DNA of 64,000 bases from Octopus vulgaris (lineage: Eukaryota): assembly GCA_951406725.2 (NCBI GenBank), contig OX597817.1, positions 52,204,001-52,268,000 on the forward strand, in the 5' to 3' direction. The notes under the pieces are model-generated. The model had not been told where the DNA came from and did no database searches. It saw only the letters and a program-made list of their open reading frames with translations. A program made the translations under genes and the position numbers. Shown here one piece after another: positions 25,168 through 38,520 of the stretch (positions are counted from its first letter, which is position 1; each line of letters starts with the position of its first letter).

Positions 25168-27409
25168 CTGAGAAGTAATCCATTAGTAACCGAAATGAAA
25201 AGAGAAAGAAAAGAGAAAAATACAATGTATTAGTTAATCATATATAAACATATATACATACACACACTAACAATATTAAAAAAATTTTTCTTATAAATAT
25301 AAAATTTAAAATGCAGAAATAAATATTACAATCGCTGTCTTAATACAGTTATTTTACTAACAATGTTTGTGGCAATTATAAATCCCACATTACTTCTAGA
25401 AAGGTTTTAAGACACTTCAGATGGTAAAGTGCATTTAAAGGGAGTTAGTACAGTACAGAGTGAAGTGGAATGTGTGTGTGTGTGTGATTCACAGAAAATA
25501 AATTTTATAAATTTTTTACTCCAGGTATTGGCGTACTATTTGTGATGAAGATAATTAAAACTCACCCAAGAAATAAAAGTGTGACGTGTAATTTTTGTAG
25601 TGTTTGGGGGAAAATTCAGTAAAAAAAAAAATTAAAACAAAAATGTTTTCTTGATATGTGAAACTGAAAACAATCTTTTACAGTAATAATAATAATGATG
25701 ATGTATTTAACACTGAATCCTCAATAGAATTAAGATTTGAGCGACACTAGAACTTATTTAGCCCCTGGTCAGCCCCAATCAAGCACATCTATGATGAAGG
25801 GCATTTCAAATATAATGATCCCATTTTTGTTTGCACATTACTCAATGTCCACTTCCTTTTCCTTTTTCTTTTTTTTGAAAACATCAAAATGGCTTGAAGG
25901 CAAATTGGTTGTTATTTCCAGCAAAAGAGAAACCTTATAGAGGTAATGCCTGAGAGAAAGTTTTATCCAACGGAGTGATATTGCAATGAGAAATTATAAA
26001 AATAATTGTTCCTAATGTAGGCAGCAAATCAAAAATTTTGTGGGTAGGGTATATTCAATCATATCAACCCCAATATTTGGCTGCTACTTGATGAAAAGGA
26101 AAGTTGACCTCAAGAGGATCTGAATTCAGAACTTAAAAAGAGCCAGAAGAAATACTATATCACAAAGCATTTAGCCCCAACACTTAAACGATTCTGTTAT
26201 TATCTCTTTGCCACAATTATATGTCAAATCAAAGAATATGACAAGAGTTCTTCCATCCTTATTTAATTTTAGTAGCAGAAATGTTGCCCGTAATTTTCTA
26301 TTCTTCTAGATTGGGAAAATAAGAGATAAATAAATCAGGAAGTATTTATTTATGTGGTTAATATTCAGTTTGAATCGATGCAATGTTAATGGTTAGAGGA
26401 GGAAAAACGTAAGTCAGATGGGGTTGTAGAAAAGAAAATTTAAACGAAGCAAAGTGATTAGTATAGGGTCTAGAGGGAGAGCAAGACACAAAGTAATAAG
26501 GAGAGAAAAGATAGGCATAATCAGTCAGCCAAGTTTAGTAATTGGGAGAGGAAACAATGGAAAGTTTACATTTTGTCAAAAAAAGGACTTGGGTTTGGAG
26601 ATTGCAAGTTCAATGCTTATTTGTCAAGTAAATGATTTTTCACTGATTATATCTAGAATTAATGTGCACATGCAATGGATATATATCATATTTTATGTAT
26701 AAACAGCACAAAACATTTTCCCGATGTGTAAGGAGGGATACAGTTCATGATGGGGAATTAAACCAAACATATTTTAATGACATTCCATTGTTTTATCAGA
26801 CACTTTACAATCCACTGCTGTTTGTATGCAAGGAAAAGTGTAGTTGCTCCAGAGAAAATTCCGACAACCTTTTCTTCCAATTTCTGTAGACTCAAGTGGA
26901 TGATGGAAATTTTTTTTCTCTATGGAATACTACCTGGCTTTCAATAACCTATTCGAGGCCAGTGCTAAAGATATCTTCAACTTGCAAAATTCTATGGTTA
27001 ATAAACAAATAAGCACCAATAATATTGACTAAGAGGAAATAGGCTGTGTTTCTACAAAATTATCTCTTTCAAATCTTTTACTATTAAGCCATTGACTGCA
27101 CCTATGCATTTTAACTGATTCTATCCGACTCCAATATTTTCAACTAGTAATGTGGAGGAAAAGCTGTTTTGGAGTAAAGGGACGTAACCAAATAAAGTAT
27201 TTTCTGTTTTTGATGAACTGATTCTATTGTAAAGACGTACACTTATACAGAAGGTAGAATCCCAGAGTCTATTTATCAAATTTCACTGACAAGGCTTTCG
27301 TCACACTGAGACTATAGAAGATACTAGCAGAGGATGTCACAGGTTGTCTACAGAATCCTGTCACTATGGAGCAAACTTCTTAATCCCAGAGCCATATGTC
27401 TATAATATT

Positions 27410-27798
27410 CTTGTGGTATTCCGTCGGTTATGGCAACGAGTTCCAGTTGATCCGATATCCAATCAACAGAACAGCCTGCTCATGAAATTAACGTGCAAGT
27501 GGCTGAGCACTCCACAGACACGCGTACTCTTAACATAGTTCTCGGGGAGATTCAGCGTGACACAGAGTGTGATAAGGCTGGCCCTTTGAAATACAGGTAC
27601 AACAGAAATAGGAAGAAAGAGCAAGAGAAAGTTGTGGTGAAAGAGTACAGCAGGTTTCGCCACCACCCTCTGCCGGAGCCTCATGAGCTTTGGATCTTTT
27701 CACTCAATAAACACTCATAATGCTCGGTCTGGGATTGAAACAGTGATCTTACAACTGTAAGTCCGCTGCCCTAACCACTGGGCCATTGCGCCTCCACA
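27410..27798 (-). mobile_element. tRNA-derived SINE family C (related copy at ~15540-15797)
   Basis: Minus-strand head TGTGGAGGCGCAATGGCCCAGTGGTTAGGGCAGCGGAC...GTTTCAATCCCAG with A and B boxes. TSD TATAATATT (27401-27409 and 27800-27808). Confidence 0.85.
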
Positions 27799-29325
27799 AT
27801 ATAATATTAGATAAATAACTAATGCCATATTAGGTTTTAGCATGAGACTCAAAATCTAGTTTCATTTCCCAAACCAAAATATTTTACTTCAGTCATTTTT
27901 TTAAAAAAAAAAAAAAAAGGAAAGAAAAATAGGCATGAATGCCATTACACTCCAGTTCCCCCACCTCCTAATTCAATTTCAGGCCTCACAAAACTATTGC
28001 TATCAGACAAATCTCTGCAAACACTAACTTCTTAAATAGCAGACTCCATAATAACACTGTTGTAGCTATTTACATGTTGTCGGAAGGTGTTTCCTTCCTT
28101 TCCTTGCACATGTGAGAGTTCATAGTTCGATGTAAGAAAAGCAATATTAGACAAACAATTTGGTTTGCTCTACATTAGACTCAACTATAACAGAAACAAG
28201 AAACAAAAAAAAAAAAAAAAAAAATTAAATTCTTTCATTGATTAGTATGAAGCTAAAGACAGAAGGTTGATTGAACAATCACTAAGACTGCTACGCAGGG
28301 TATCAATCATTTTGGCATGTAAACTGACACATGACAAGCAATTTTAAGGCATAAGGTAATACATCAGCAAATTCAGCAATCATCTTTCACCTAAACCACC
28401 ACCACCACCATCATCATCATTATCTTTATTACAACCCTTTGCAAATAGCATTGGCTGTCATCTGCTTCATCAACTCAGAAACAACTTGCTGAGTTCATTT
28501 TTGATCAGCCTGGAGAGCTTACAACTGAGTTCATACATTATCTCAAAATTAGAGTACGGGACCAAAGGAGCATGAAATAAGGACCACGGTAGGTTTGATA
28601 TCTTGTTCAGTTAACCCTTTAGTATTTATCGAAATACTAACAGTGTTAGGATAGGTTTATAGAATTGATACAAAATTGATGATTCAAGGAAAACTATGAT
28701 GTTCCAGTGTGATATGGTGGTGGTAGGGTTTCTTGCTAGCAAAAATAACATGCCAACAAACCTGGCTATGGCTGGTTTGAACAAGTGCCACTGGGTTGAT
28801 CACAGCCAGATTTGGCCCATTTGAATGCTAAAGAGGATGAAAATAAACATATTGGGACATAATATGGAGGGGAACCTGCCTAATATCAATTGTACAAATT
28901 TGGTAAATTATTCCTTATGGATAATGTGAACATCTGAAGCTATATTTGTATGAGCAAGAGGTTGGTAAGTATGTGCATGTGAGTAACAGAATGAGGGAGA
29001 GTAAGGACTTAAACTTTAACCTAAGGAAAGAAACTTTTCCTGTGCTAGATGCAAAGTGACTAATTAGAAATATACATTCTTGATGGTCTGATTAATTCCT
29101 TTTGAACAAGGTTAGCTGAACAAAATATGCTTGGTGGAGAGGAGAGAGATAAAGAATTCAGAAGTCAATCAATGTACTTGGGTCTCATTCCCCCCCGAGC
29201 TCACGGACAAATTAATGATTATTCTGTTTTTAACTAAAGTGTCATTAATACTTAACAAAGAGGAACATGAAATGAAAACAGTAAATTACAAAAATATTTA
29301 GGGTTAGCACTCATAAATAATCATT

Positions 29326-29680
29326 GTCATCATACTCTAATGTCCATTGTCCACACTGGCATGGGTTGGACGGTTTGACCAGGGCTGGCAAGCTGGAAGG
29401 CCGCACCAGATTCCAGTCTGATTTGGCATGGTTTTCAACAGCTGGATGCCCTTCCTAATGCTAACCACTCTGAGTGTAACGGGTGCGTTTATGTACCTCG
29501 GGCATGACACCAGCATCTACCACAACTGCAATTTTGCTTGGCTTGATGGGTCTTCTTCTCAAGCACAACATAATGCCAAAGGTCTCGGTCATTACATCCG
29601 TGAGGCCCAACACTCATTAAGAACTCGGCCACTTTGCCTCCATGAGGCCCAATGCACGAGAAGAACTCAGCCACTTTCTA
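29326..29680 (-). mobile_element. Diverged RTE 3'-end fragment
   Basis: GGCATGGGTTGGACGGTTTGACC...CAGCTGGATGCCCTTCCTAATGCTAACCACTCTGAGTG. Confidence 0.8.
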
Positions 29681-29917
29681 ACAAGTTATTACTTTCTGTA
29701 TAAATATATGACCCCCTAACATCAATCATTAGTACTTTTTTTTTTTTATGTTCAAGCCTGCAGGTGTTTGGCTGTTTCTGCACATTTAAACACTCACATA
29801 AATAATTAAGTGCAGCTGTTGCATTGTTGGAAGCTGTTTCTGCAACCACCTACACATGGTGTCAGAATAACACTAATTTCAGATAAAATAATTCCAAGCA
29901 AATCACATTATAAAATT

Positions 29918-30426
29918 ATCATCATCATTGTTCAACCGTGGTCGAGACAATGGAATTTACTGTTACACCAGATTTCACGGTCCATCATAGCATTACGGAG
30001 GTCCTGTTGCTGGATGCCTGTATCCCTGGAGATTACATCAGGGTAGGAGAGAGTGTGCCCTCTGGTATCGCGAGCAGATGGCTTCCAGAGAAGAGTAGAA
30101 ATTACCTCGTTTTCAGCTCAACAACAATGTCCAGCAAACTGGACTCTTCTACCTTTCACAAGAGATGATACAGGTAGTAGTTTCCCATATATTTGTACTT
30201 TGGTTGGATGACGCTTCCACGAGAGATTTTGAGCTCTCATAAAGAGGCGAGTGTAAGTTCCATCCAACTGCCTCTCAAGCTTCTTTGATAAAATCCAGGT
30301 TTCTGAGCCATATAGTAGAATTGGTTCTACTGTGGCTTTGAAGATTTTAAGTTTGAAATCTCTACTTAGATTTGATGACCAGATCTTATGCATATCATTA
30401 CAGGCTGACCAGGCCATACCCTTTCT
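29918..30426 (-). mobile_element. Second RTE-like LINE family, 5'-truncated RT C-terminus
   Basis: KIFKATVEPILLYGSETW...LDGTYTRL...RRVQFAGHC...YPDVISRDTG...MMDREIW, followed directly by a (TGA)n tail. Confidence 0.9.
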
Positions 30427-31328
30427 ATGGCTGGCCTGGACAGCCATAGCCATTATTAAATGATAGCACTTTAACGTAAGTATCTTTAGGCTATTACCCA
30501 AGACGTTCAGCCATTCAACCAATTCATGCCCTTGCCTGCTTCTAAAGCCTTGTCCTCTCCATTTCCAACCCATTTAAGTCTAGCTTAAAGTTACCACAAT
30601 ATGGAATAGCAAAATTCAGACAGCCACACATTAATAAGATACTGGTCTATCAAATTTAAATCCTGGGGGAATTTTCATTGCCTGGAGACAAGAGTATTTA
30701 CTAGATTGTAAAAAATAAACTGAGAATGCTGCTTATGATAGGCTGATGTCCTGTCTAAGGACGGATTAATCTACTAAATCTGGACCCTAGACAAGTACTA
30801 TTTCTAAACAAAAAAAATTTAAGGCATTGAAGACATGAAAACTATATAATAATTTTCAGTTTTAGCACAAGGTTATGTTTTGTGTGAGAAGTGTAGTTAG
30901 ATATATTGACTGCATTACATTGCCTGGCACTTATTCTAATGACCCTGGCTTGATGAGATGAGGTACAATATCAATCACAGCAGTATCTGAACTGAATGTA
31001 ATACTGCAAAGCATTATATTCAGTTCTTCACTGTTTCCACAACAAATAGTAATAATACAATATAAGAGAAATCATTCTAACCTGGTTAGACTGGAGACAA
31101 CTTCGCAGATAAGCTGAGTCCTATGGAAACAAAATATTAAATATTAAATTACAAAACAACAAAACACATATATCAATGAAGGATAATCAAAGAGAAGAGA
31201 CATGAATATCAATTACTTAATCTCAGTTTATATAATGACAATGCATGGTTTAACTTTCCCCCAAACCTCCAGAGCAAACAACAGACATCAAGGAATAATC
31301 TGAACCCTCCACCTCACAAGGCCCAGAC

Positions 31329-31562
31329 CTATTTCTTTACTACCCACAAAGGGATTAACACAGAGAGGACAAACAAGGACAGACAAACAGATTAAGTCAA
31401 TTATATCGACCCCAGTACGTAACTAGTACTTATTTAATCAACCCCGAAAGGATGAAAGGCAAAGTCAACCTCGGTTGAATTTGAACTCAGAACGTAGCGG
31501 CAGACAAAATACTGCTAAGCATTTCACCCGGCGTTCTAACGTTTCAGCCAGCTCACCACCTT
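31329..31562 (-). mobile_element. SINE A full length
   Basis: TSD CAAGGCCCAGAC (31317-31328 and 31563-31574). Confidence 0.92.
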
Positions 31563-33324
31563 CAAGGCCCAGACTTAATTTTCATAAAACGGTTCATCAT
31601 TAAATCAAATCTAGTTTATAACGGAGTTATTTTACTGATCCATAACCTAAAGATAAAATCTAAGTCAATTGTTGTAGTATTTGAAGTCAAAAGAGTTGGA
31701 TGAAATAGTTATCCAGTCTAATACTGTCTTGAACCCAATGCATTTAACTAAACAAAGAATATTAATAACTGAAGCATCGGTACTTTCCTATTATTGACAG
31801 CCAATTACATATTTACAAAACGATTAATGAATAAACTATAACAGTCACTCATGAGGTAGGAGTCATAGTCTATTTGGCAGACTTTCAGACTAGCTATCAT
31901 TACCAAATGAAGAAGAAAAAGGGTAAGGAATTGAGTGGTTGTTTCCTTCTGTGAAAGGAATTTTTATCCAACCAATTTAAAAAAATTTTTTGCCCTCCAA
32001 TTTTATGCAATAAATTTTTACTGGTATTTTTCTCTGTGAGAAACTAATACCAATTTCAAAACTCCAATGATCAACTATTACACACGCCTCATGAGTGTAA
32101 TAGCAGATTCACTAATACATTAGTAAATAAAAGAACTGGCTGTTAATAATAGGTTACTAAGGATTCAGAATTACATTAAAATAGTTGCTTTTTGAAATCA
32201 TACAAACACAAAAAGATGTTAGATCCTCAAACCCATGCTTCTTGCTCAACCTATTCTCTTTTTCTTTTTAAGCAGGTTACATCGTAGCATACTAGAGTAA
32301 AAACCAATCAGATTATATACAAAATGAGTGCATGTTGATCTAAGTACAAAATAGTTTCTGTTTCCCAAATTGCAGATAGACTTTACCCTAGCTGACTGTC
32401 CTACTCTAATTATAGAGAAAAAACAAAAAAAAACAAAACATCTGATGAAGAATGTCCAGATTATAGAAAGGCAATATTTATAACGGATTATTAATTATTT
32501 AAGCCTTCCGGTACATTTAAGCTATTTCTTCATTAAGGATCTATCCTCATAATAATAATAATAATAAAAAAGATTTTAAAATGTTCACTGCCACAGGAGT
32601 CATGCAACAACATGTCAATTCATGTCAAATCAAGTTTAAGCTAAGACAACAGACAAAAAATGCACATCCACAGCAGTTTCCTGCTTATTACAAAAGCTAC
32701 TCAATGGAAACATAACCTTTACTTCTGCACACATACGATATACAATAGAGACCGAGAGAGAAGGAACATCATCCATACTCAATACAAAGGCAATGTGAAA
32801 GGACAACAGATCCGTTGACTAATTAAGCTGAATATTTTCCCAATAGCAAAGTATAGTTAGAATAAAATTTGACTAGAAAAACATCCGAAAAAAAATTTTT
32901 TAAATAAGAAAATAAAATAAAGAGAGAAATGAAGATTCATGCAAAATGGAATTATAATTCCCGATAACAGATAATACAATTATTTACCAAAGAATAAACA
33001 TGTTGACCAACCATGGCTTGCTTCTTTTGGAGAAATAAGCAAGTCTATAGTGGAAGCTACTTGACATTTTGAATCCAGATTAAACTCAGAAGTATGTGTC
33101 TAAGCATCACACGTTAATATATTAATCTGTTTATTCCTTATTTTATCTCAAAAATAACAAATTACAAGTCACCAAATTCAACAGATGTAATATTTTTCCT
33201 GAAACCTCTTAGAGACATACATACATCTTTCACAAGTTAAAATTATATTTTGAACTTTATCATAGCTCAATCCCAAGCACAAAACTGGTCAAGTTCTTAA
33301 TGACTTATTTTACATTATTTTTGT

Positions 33325-33858
33325 CAGGTTGCTCTTGAGTGCTACTGGTAACATGTAGTCCAGTACAACTTGTTACACGGTCGGGTCACTGGAAACCCCA
33401 TCAAGCTTGCTTGGTGAGGAGAGTGATTGTTGGTGTCCAATTTTTGCAGGACGAAAAATAAGACCCATCAAAGGGCAGAAGAACTCCTGTGTAGTCAATG
33501 GCCAATTCAACAAGTACCTTGTTGTGATGAAGTGCCTGTGTGCTCCACTGACCTGGGGAGCTATGCTGGAGGGAAAGAAATCTTCAGGCAGGTCTTACCA
33601 GGCCAGACAGGTTGAAGGGTAGGAGACAGACAAAACCTTAAAGACAATAAATCGAAGCGTCGACAGCAGAGCATGGATTTAGTTATTGGCAGGCCCTAAA
33701 AGATCAGATTCCTGGCTTTGAACAAGCAGGATGTCATGCAGAGGATCTTGACTACAAGACAATGGATGGGACCCTAATATTCCTAGTTACAGCACATGCA
33801 GCAGCGCCCTGTGACTCCTATAGTATGTGCAACCGAAACCCCTAGATGAGATGAGATA
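33325..33858 (+). mobile_element. Probable non-autonomous LINE-derived element
   Basis: GC-richer island in an AT-rich intron, ending in a (GATGA)n tail. The internal CCAGACAGGTTGAAGGGTAGGAGACAGACAAA resembles RTE 5'UTR sequence from memory. Confidence 0.45.
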
Positions 33859-35152
33859 TACATAATTACGCTTACAAAACATCAGATGCTTCACAAAATG
33901 GAAAAGTATGCTAGCCAGACATTAATAAATGACATCCATAATCTTAATTACTAACCCAAATCAAGTGGAATCAAAGTTAGCTTTTCAATTTTTGATTTCT
34001 TATAATATACAAACCAATGATAAAAACAGTAGCTGTCATAACACATTACAAATATGAAACAGAATGAAAATAAAATTTTAAAAATATAGTTGTGTAAAAT
34101 CTCCATGTCCTCATCATGGTTTTAGGGTGCTTTTTCTCGGTTCTGGTATAGGCTGGACTGGTCAACAATACAGTAAATTCCCATGAATGGTCAAATCCTG
34201 TTATCTCATCTGTGAAGTTGATAATGTTCTGAAGCTGTGGTCAGTTTCTTCTTCATATACCTCAACTGTGGGCGTCCACCAAGCTTTCATGTCATTGCAA
34301 TGTAACCGTGTCCCCTGCTACATTGACCGAACAATTTTTCATCCTCAGCTGTTATTGTTATTTTTTAATATTGTATTATTGAACAGAAAAAAATTAAAAA
34401 ACAAAACCAAGCTATAATAATAAAAATCACGATTTACCCTTCTTAAGCACAAGATTACACAACCAATAACATCATCATACCATTTCAAGTATTTTTTTTA
34501 TTATGTAAATTACCAACAGTAAATTGAGTAAATTTAAGACATTACTTCCCAAGCCATGGGACTCATAGAGCCAGTTACCTAGTTTCCTCAGATTGCAACA
34601 CAGCCAATGAACAGGGTTTACGGCAGACAAATCAGTCGATCTCCAATTCCAATGAGTAATCTGTTTCCTAGCCAATGGAATAATTTACTCATTGAAGGTG
34701 AGTATTAGCATTAGGTGAGTATTCCATGTACATGTACTCTCAATGGATGTTTCAAGGCAGAACCAACGAGATGCAGAATGTGATAAAATTAGACTTTGTT
34801 GAATTACAGGTACAATCCATCCAACAGGCTCTGGCAGTTTCCATCTCCTCCATTTTAGTCACAAGTTATGCATCAAATATAAAGCTTTGGTAAAAAAAAA
34901 AAAACCTTGCCCAAGATGTTCCGCAGTGGAACTGAACCCATGGCTTTGTGATTGTAATGTGGACTTTAATCATTCTGCCATGTTGCATCCCCAAGAGAGG
35001 CAAGTATCAAATGATGATGATGATAATAATAATAATAATAATAATAAATGTATATCAAGGCATATAAATAAAAAGCAGCAATGTATAAATCAATGTAAAT
35101 AAAACCGTTTTTTCAAGGTAGCAAACAAAACAACATCCAAAACGATGCTTAC

Positions 35153-35220
35153 TTGCTGAGGTTGATGCAAATAATGATCGAAGTCCTCGTTTTTTACTTC
35201 TTTTGCTGAGCCATTGGCCA
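35153..35220 (-). CDS. YTHDF: YTHDF 68-nt exon ((V)ANGSAKEVKNEDFDHYLHQPQQ)
   Basis: TTTTTCAG acceptor and CAA|GTAAGC donor, phase 1 to 0. Peptide matches the YTHDF N-terminal motif VQNGS...NDDDFEPYL. Confidence 0.92.
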
Positions 35221-35368
35221 CTGAAAAATATTGAAAAACAGTTTATTGTTATTAGCTTAACTGGAAAAGAAATGCAACAGAATAATAAATGCTAATAAAT
35301 TACATTTAAACATCAGTGATAGACAAAACTATTTTACAAGGAATCTTAATACTGTTTATTGCTATAAA

Positions 35369-35586
35369 CGAAAAACCTAACTGATGACAGTCAAGGCTGA
35401 TCTGGAACCCAACCTAGGTCTCCATATCTACAGCGTTCGCCACTGGAATAAGGAGTGGCTGGAGATCACACAGTCGTTAGCCTCAAATCGCCAGGTCTGG
35501 TCAGCGTTTGTAAGAGATGCAGCATTGAGGATGAATGAAGCTAGCTCAACCCACCCCGGGTGAATGCTGTCTCAAGTAAAGTCAAG
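35369..35586 (+). mobile_element. Third RTE-like LINE family, 3' fragment with TSD
   Basis: RKT*LMTVKADLEPNLGLHIYSVRHWNKEWLEITQSLASNRQVWSAFVRDAALRMNEASSTHPG*, a (CAAGT)-like tail, and a 13-bp TSD TTATTGCTATAAA at 35356-35368 and 35587-35599. Confidence 0.85.
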
Positions 35587-36605
35587 TTATTGCTATAAAG
35601 AGTAATTAAATTTGAAGGTGGTCCTTTTAATGAAAGAGATAGAATGTGTATTCATATTCAATGATAAACTGTCCAGTCAATCTCACATTTACATCTCATG
35701 CAATCCATTAGAATTTCTCGGATGGATTTCCAAAATTCGGAGTAAATTAGAGGAACAAACATTGTAAGTTTGACTGATCACATCAGGTCCACCAAAGATT
35801 CTGTTTTATGTTCAAATTTGCCAGATCAAACCTCTAACATCTACTCTACAATATCATTCTAAAAACAAACAATCACAACACTGAAAGCTACAAGATAATG
35901 CATGATTAATTCAAAACAACATTAGCCACTCTGTCAACGATCACACTCGTATGGTGCTCTTTGCACCCCGCTAGCCGGATAAATTAGTCAAGCATAAGCT
36001 ATTTATTAAATTGAAACCAATGACTGTCTCTTTGTTGCTGCTGTTGTTATTATCAATAATCTTTTCTATTATAGGCACAAGGCCTGAAACTTAAGTTCAT
36101 TATATAGACTCCAGTGCTCGCCTAGTGCTTATTTTATCAACCTAGGCAGTATTTGAACACCAATATAAGGTTACCAACTTGTAGAAAGATAGATTTAATA
36201 CACTCTCAGCTTATTCAATTAATTAATCCCTTCTATTATCCCCAATTCAAATGAAATGGCTACAATGTTAGAACAAAAATAATTTCTATCACAGGCACAG
36301 GACTCCAGGGTTCTTTCTTTTCGTGTATGGGGGTGGGGAAATATTAATAGAAGTAAGCTCCCAGTGAGCCAAGACCAAAGATCTTGACACAATTTCAGAT
36401 GGTAAAGTAATTTTCACTTCATTAAAGCTACCAATTAACATCTTTCGAGAAAAACAATGCTTCAGTTCTCATTATATATAAAAAAAAAAAACAGAACCCA
36501 CAAGGCCTTATGTCAAATCAAAAGAAACAATATTTCAATACTTAAAATAAGAACAAAGAAAAGGAAAGAGAGAGAAAGAAAAAGAAAAAGAAAGAAATTA
36601 AATAC

Positions 36606-36630
36606 CTTGATTTGCTTGACCTTTTGCTCT
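36606..36630 (-). CDS. YTHDF: YTHDF 25-nt micro-exon (RAKGQANQ+G)
   Basis: Upstream pyrimidine tract and CACCAG acceptor, exon AGAGCAAAAGGTCAAGCAAATCAAG, GTATTT donor. Equivalent to the vertebrate YTHDF 25-nt exon RPKGQGNK, phase 0 to 1. Confidence 0.9.
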
Positions 36631-36771
36631 CTGGTGTTTCATGGACAATGTTGGAGAAAAAAAATGAAAGATGTTTATTAGAAAATGAAAGGACAAGAGA
36701 TTAACATAACATTTAGTCATTAAGCATAATGCATCATGATTTAAAGAAACTACTTTGTGTCACACAAGAAC

Positions 36772-36993
36772 CTATTTCTTTACTACCAACAAGGGGCTAA
36801 ACACAGAGAGGACAAACAGATTAAGCCGATTACATCGACCCCCAGTGCATAACTGGTACTTAATTTATCGACCCCGAAAGGATGAAAGGCAAAATCGACC
36901 TCGGCAGAATTTGAACTCAGAACATATCAACAGACGAAATACCACTAAGCATTTCGCCCGGTGCGCTAACGTGTTGGCCAGCTCGCCGCCTTA
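36772..36993 (-). mobile_element. SINE A full length, ~140 bp upstream of the micro-exon acceptor
   Basis: TSD GTGTCACACAAGAAC (36757-36771 and 36994-37008). Confidence 0.92.
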
Positions 36994-37506
36994 GTGTCAC
37001 ACAAGAACATTAAAAGATACAAACTATTCAGATCTTTACAAATAAAAAATAGATACATAGTTGTATTTCAGATATATTACTTTTGCTTGTTTGGATAAAA
37101 TATCTTTTTTTTTAAAAACCCTTTTGATACCAACCTACCTGAAACCACAGCTGGTTGTTTTAAAGTGATCTAAATTAATACCTGCCCTCAAAACTTCAGG
37201 TTTAATTCATGTCCCAGGAACAAGTATAAAATGGATTATTTTGCTAAATTATTCAATAGTTTCAAAATAACTGAACCAAAGACAGTGTATTTCAATTGAA
37301 ATATGGCAACAAAAGGGGGTTAAATTGACTGCTTGGTTTTTAAACAACTAAGCAATGTGTGTGTTTTATTGTTGACAGGACACAGTTCCGCTACTACAGA
37401 CATGTGAGTAAAACAACCTAATTTGAAAGGTGTGTGTGTGAGCATGTAATCCCCAAAACCTCACCATTCCATAGTTCAATATTTTATTTTTCTATTCCGA
37501 AAGAGA

Positions 37507-37852
37507 TCATCATCATCATTATCGTTTAAAGTCCGCTTTCCATGCTAGCATGGGTTGGACGATTTGACTGAGGGCTGGCGAACCAGATGGCTGCACTAGG
37601 CTCCAATCTTGATCTGGCAGAGTTTCTACAGCTGGATGCCCTTCCTAACGCGAACCACTCCGCGAGTGTAGTGGGTGCTTTTACGTGCCACCGGCACAGG
37701 GCCAGTCAGGCAGTACTGGCAATGACCTCACTTGAATCTTTTACACATGCCACCAGCACAGATGCCAGTAAGGCGATGCTGGTAACGATCATGCTCGAAT
37801 GGTGTCTTTTACATGCCACCGGCATGGAGGCAAGATAGCCGCACTGGCAACA
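37507..37852 (-). mobile_element. RTE 3'-end fragment
   Basis: (CAT)n tail and near identity to 8192-8543. Confidence 0.9.
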
Positions 37853-38090
37853 AGAAATATTCGATATAGAGAATCTTTTTGTTAAGATCCAATGTATCAG
37901 TCTTCTTATCAGCTTCCTGCAGCACCATTAACAGTATTAAAAGCAATAAATAAGTAGAAAATGTTTCACCAACAACAATTTCACATGTAAGATGGAAGTA
38001 AATATTCAAAAGAGTTATATTTAATTTGGGAATAAGATATACAAGTGATGCCATATTTTTAATGTATATGAACTGGCATTCAAAAAGTTT

Positions 38091-38520
38091 ACAGGCATGG
38101 CTGTGTAGTAAGAAGCCTGCTTCCCAACCACATGGCTCCAGGTTCAGTCCCACTGTGTGGCACTTTGGGCAAGTGTCTTCTAGTATAGCTCAGGCTGACC
38201 AAAACCCTGTGAGTGGATATGGTAGATGGAAACTGAAAGAAGCCTATCATATATATATATATATATATATATATGTATACATACATGCACACACCTGTGT
38301 GTGTCTTTGTGCTTGTCCCCGTACCCCCATAGTTTGACAACTGGTGTCAGTGTGTTTAAACTCCTGTAACTTGGCAGTTTGGTAAAAAACACCGACAGAA
38401 TAAGCGCTAGGCTTAAAAAAAGAAAAGTCCTAGGGTCACTTTGTTCAATTCAAACCCTTCCAGGTGGTGCTCCAGCATAGCCACAGTCTAATGACAAACA
38501 AGTAAAAAACAAACAAAAGG
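38091..38520 (+). mobile_element. tRNA-derived SINE family B (representative copy; related copies at ~21-531, 9835-10135, 11025-11415, 13860-14225, 14648-14925, 44160-44325, 48625-49255, 52103-52660)
   Basis: CAGGCATGGCTGTGTAGTAAGAAGC...GGTTCAGTCCCACTG...GGGCAAGTGTCTTCTA...GAGTGGATTTGGTAGATGGAAACTGAAAGAAGCC, an internal (TA/TG)n tract and a conserved 3' part. Confidence 0.85.

Noticed and set aside
26290-26950. Possible old LINE or other TE coding remnant (also 14900-15190 and 34090-34350)
   Set aside because: Too degenerate; I could read no diagnostic motif.
27720-27798. tRNA gene (also the heads at 38091, 61469 and 63076)
   Set aside because: A/B-box heads run into SINE bodies, several with TSDs, and I could not build a complete cloverleaf.
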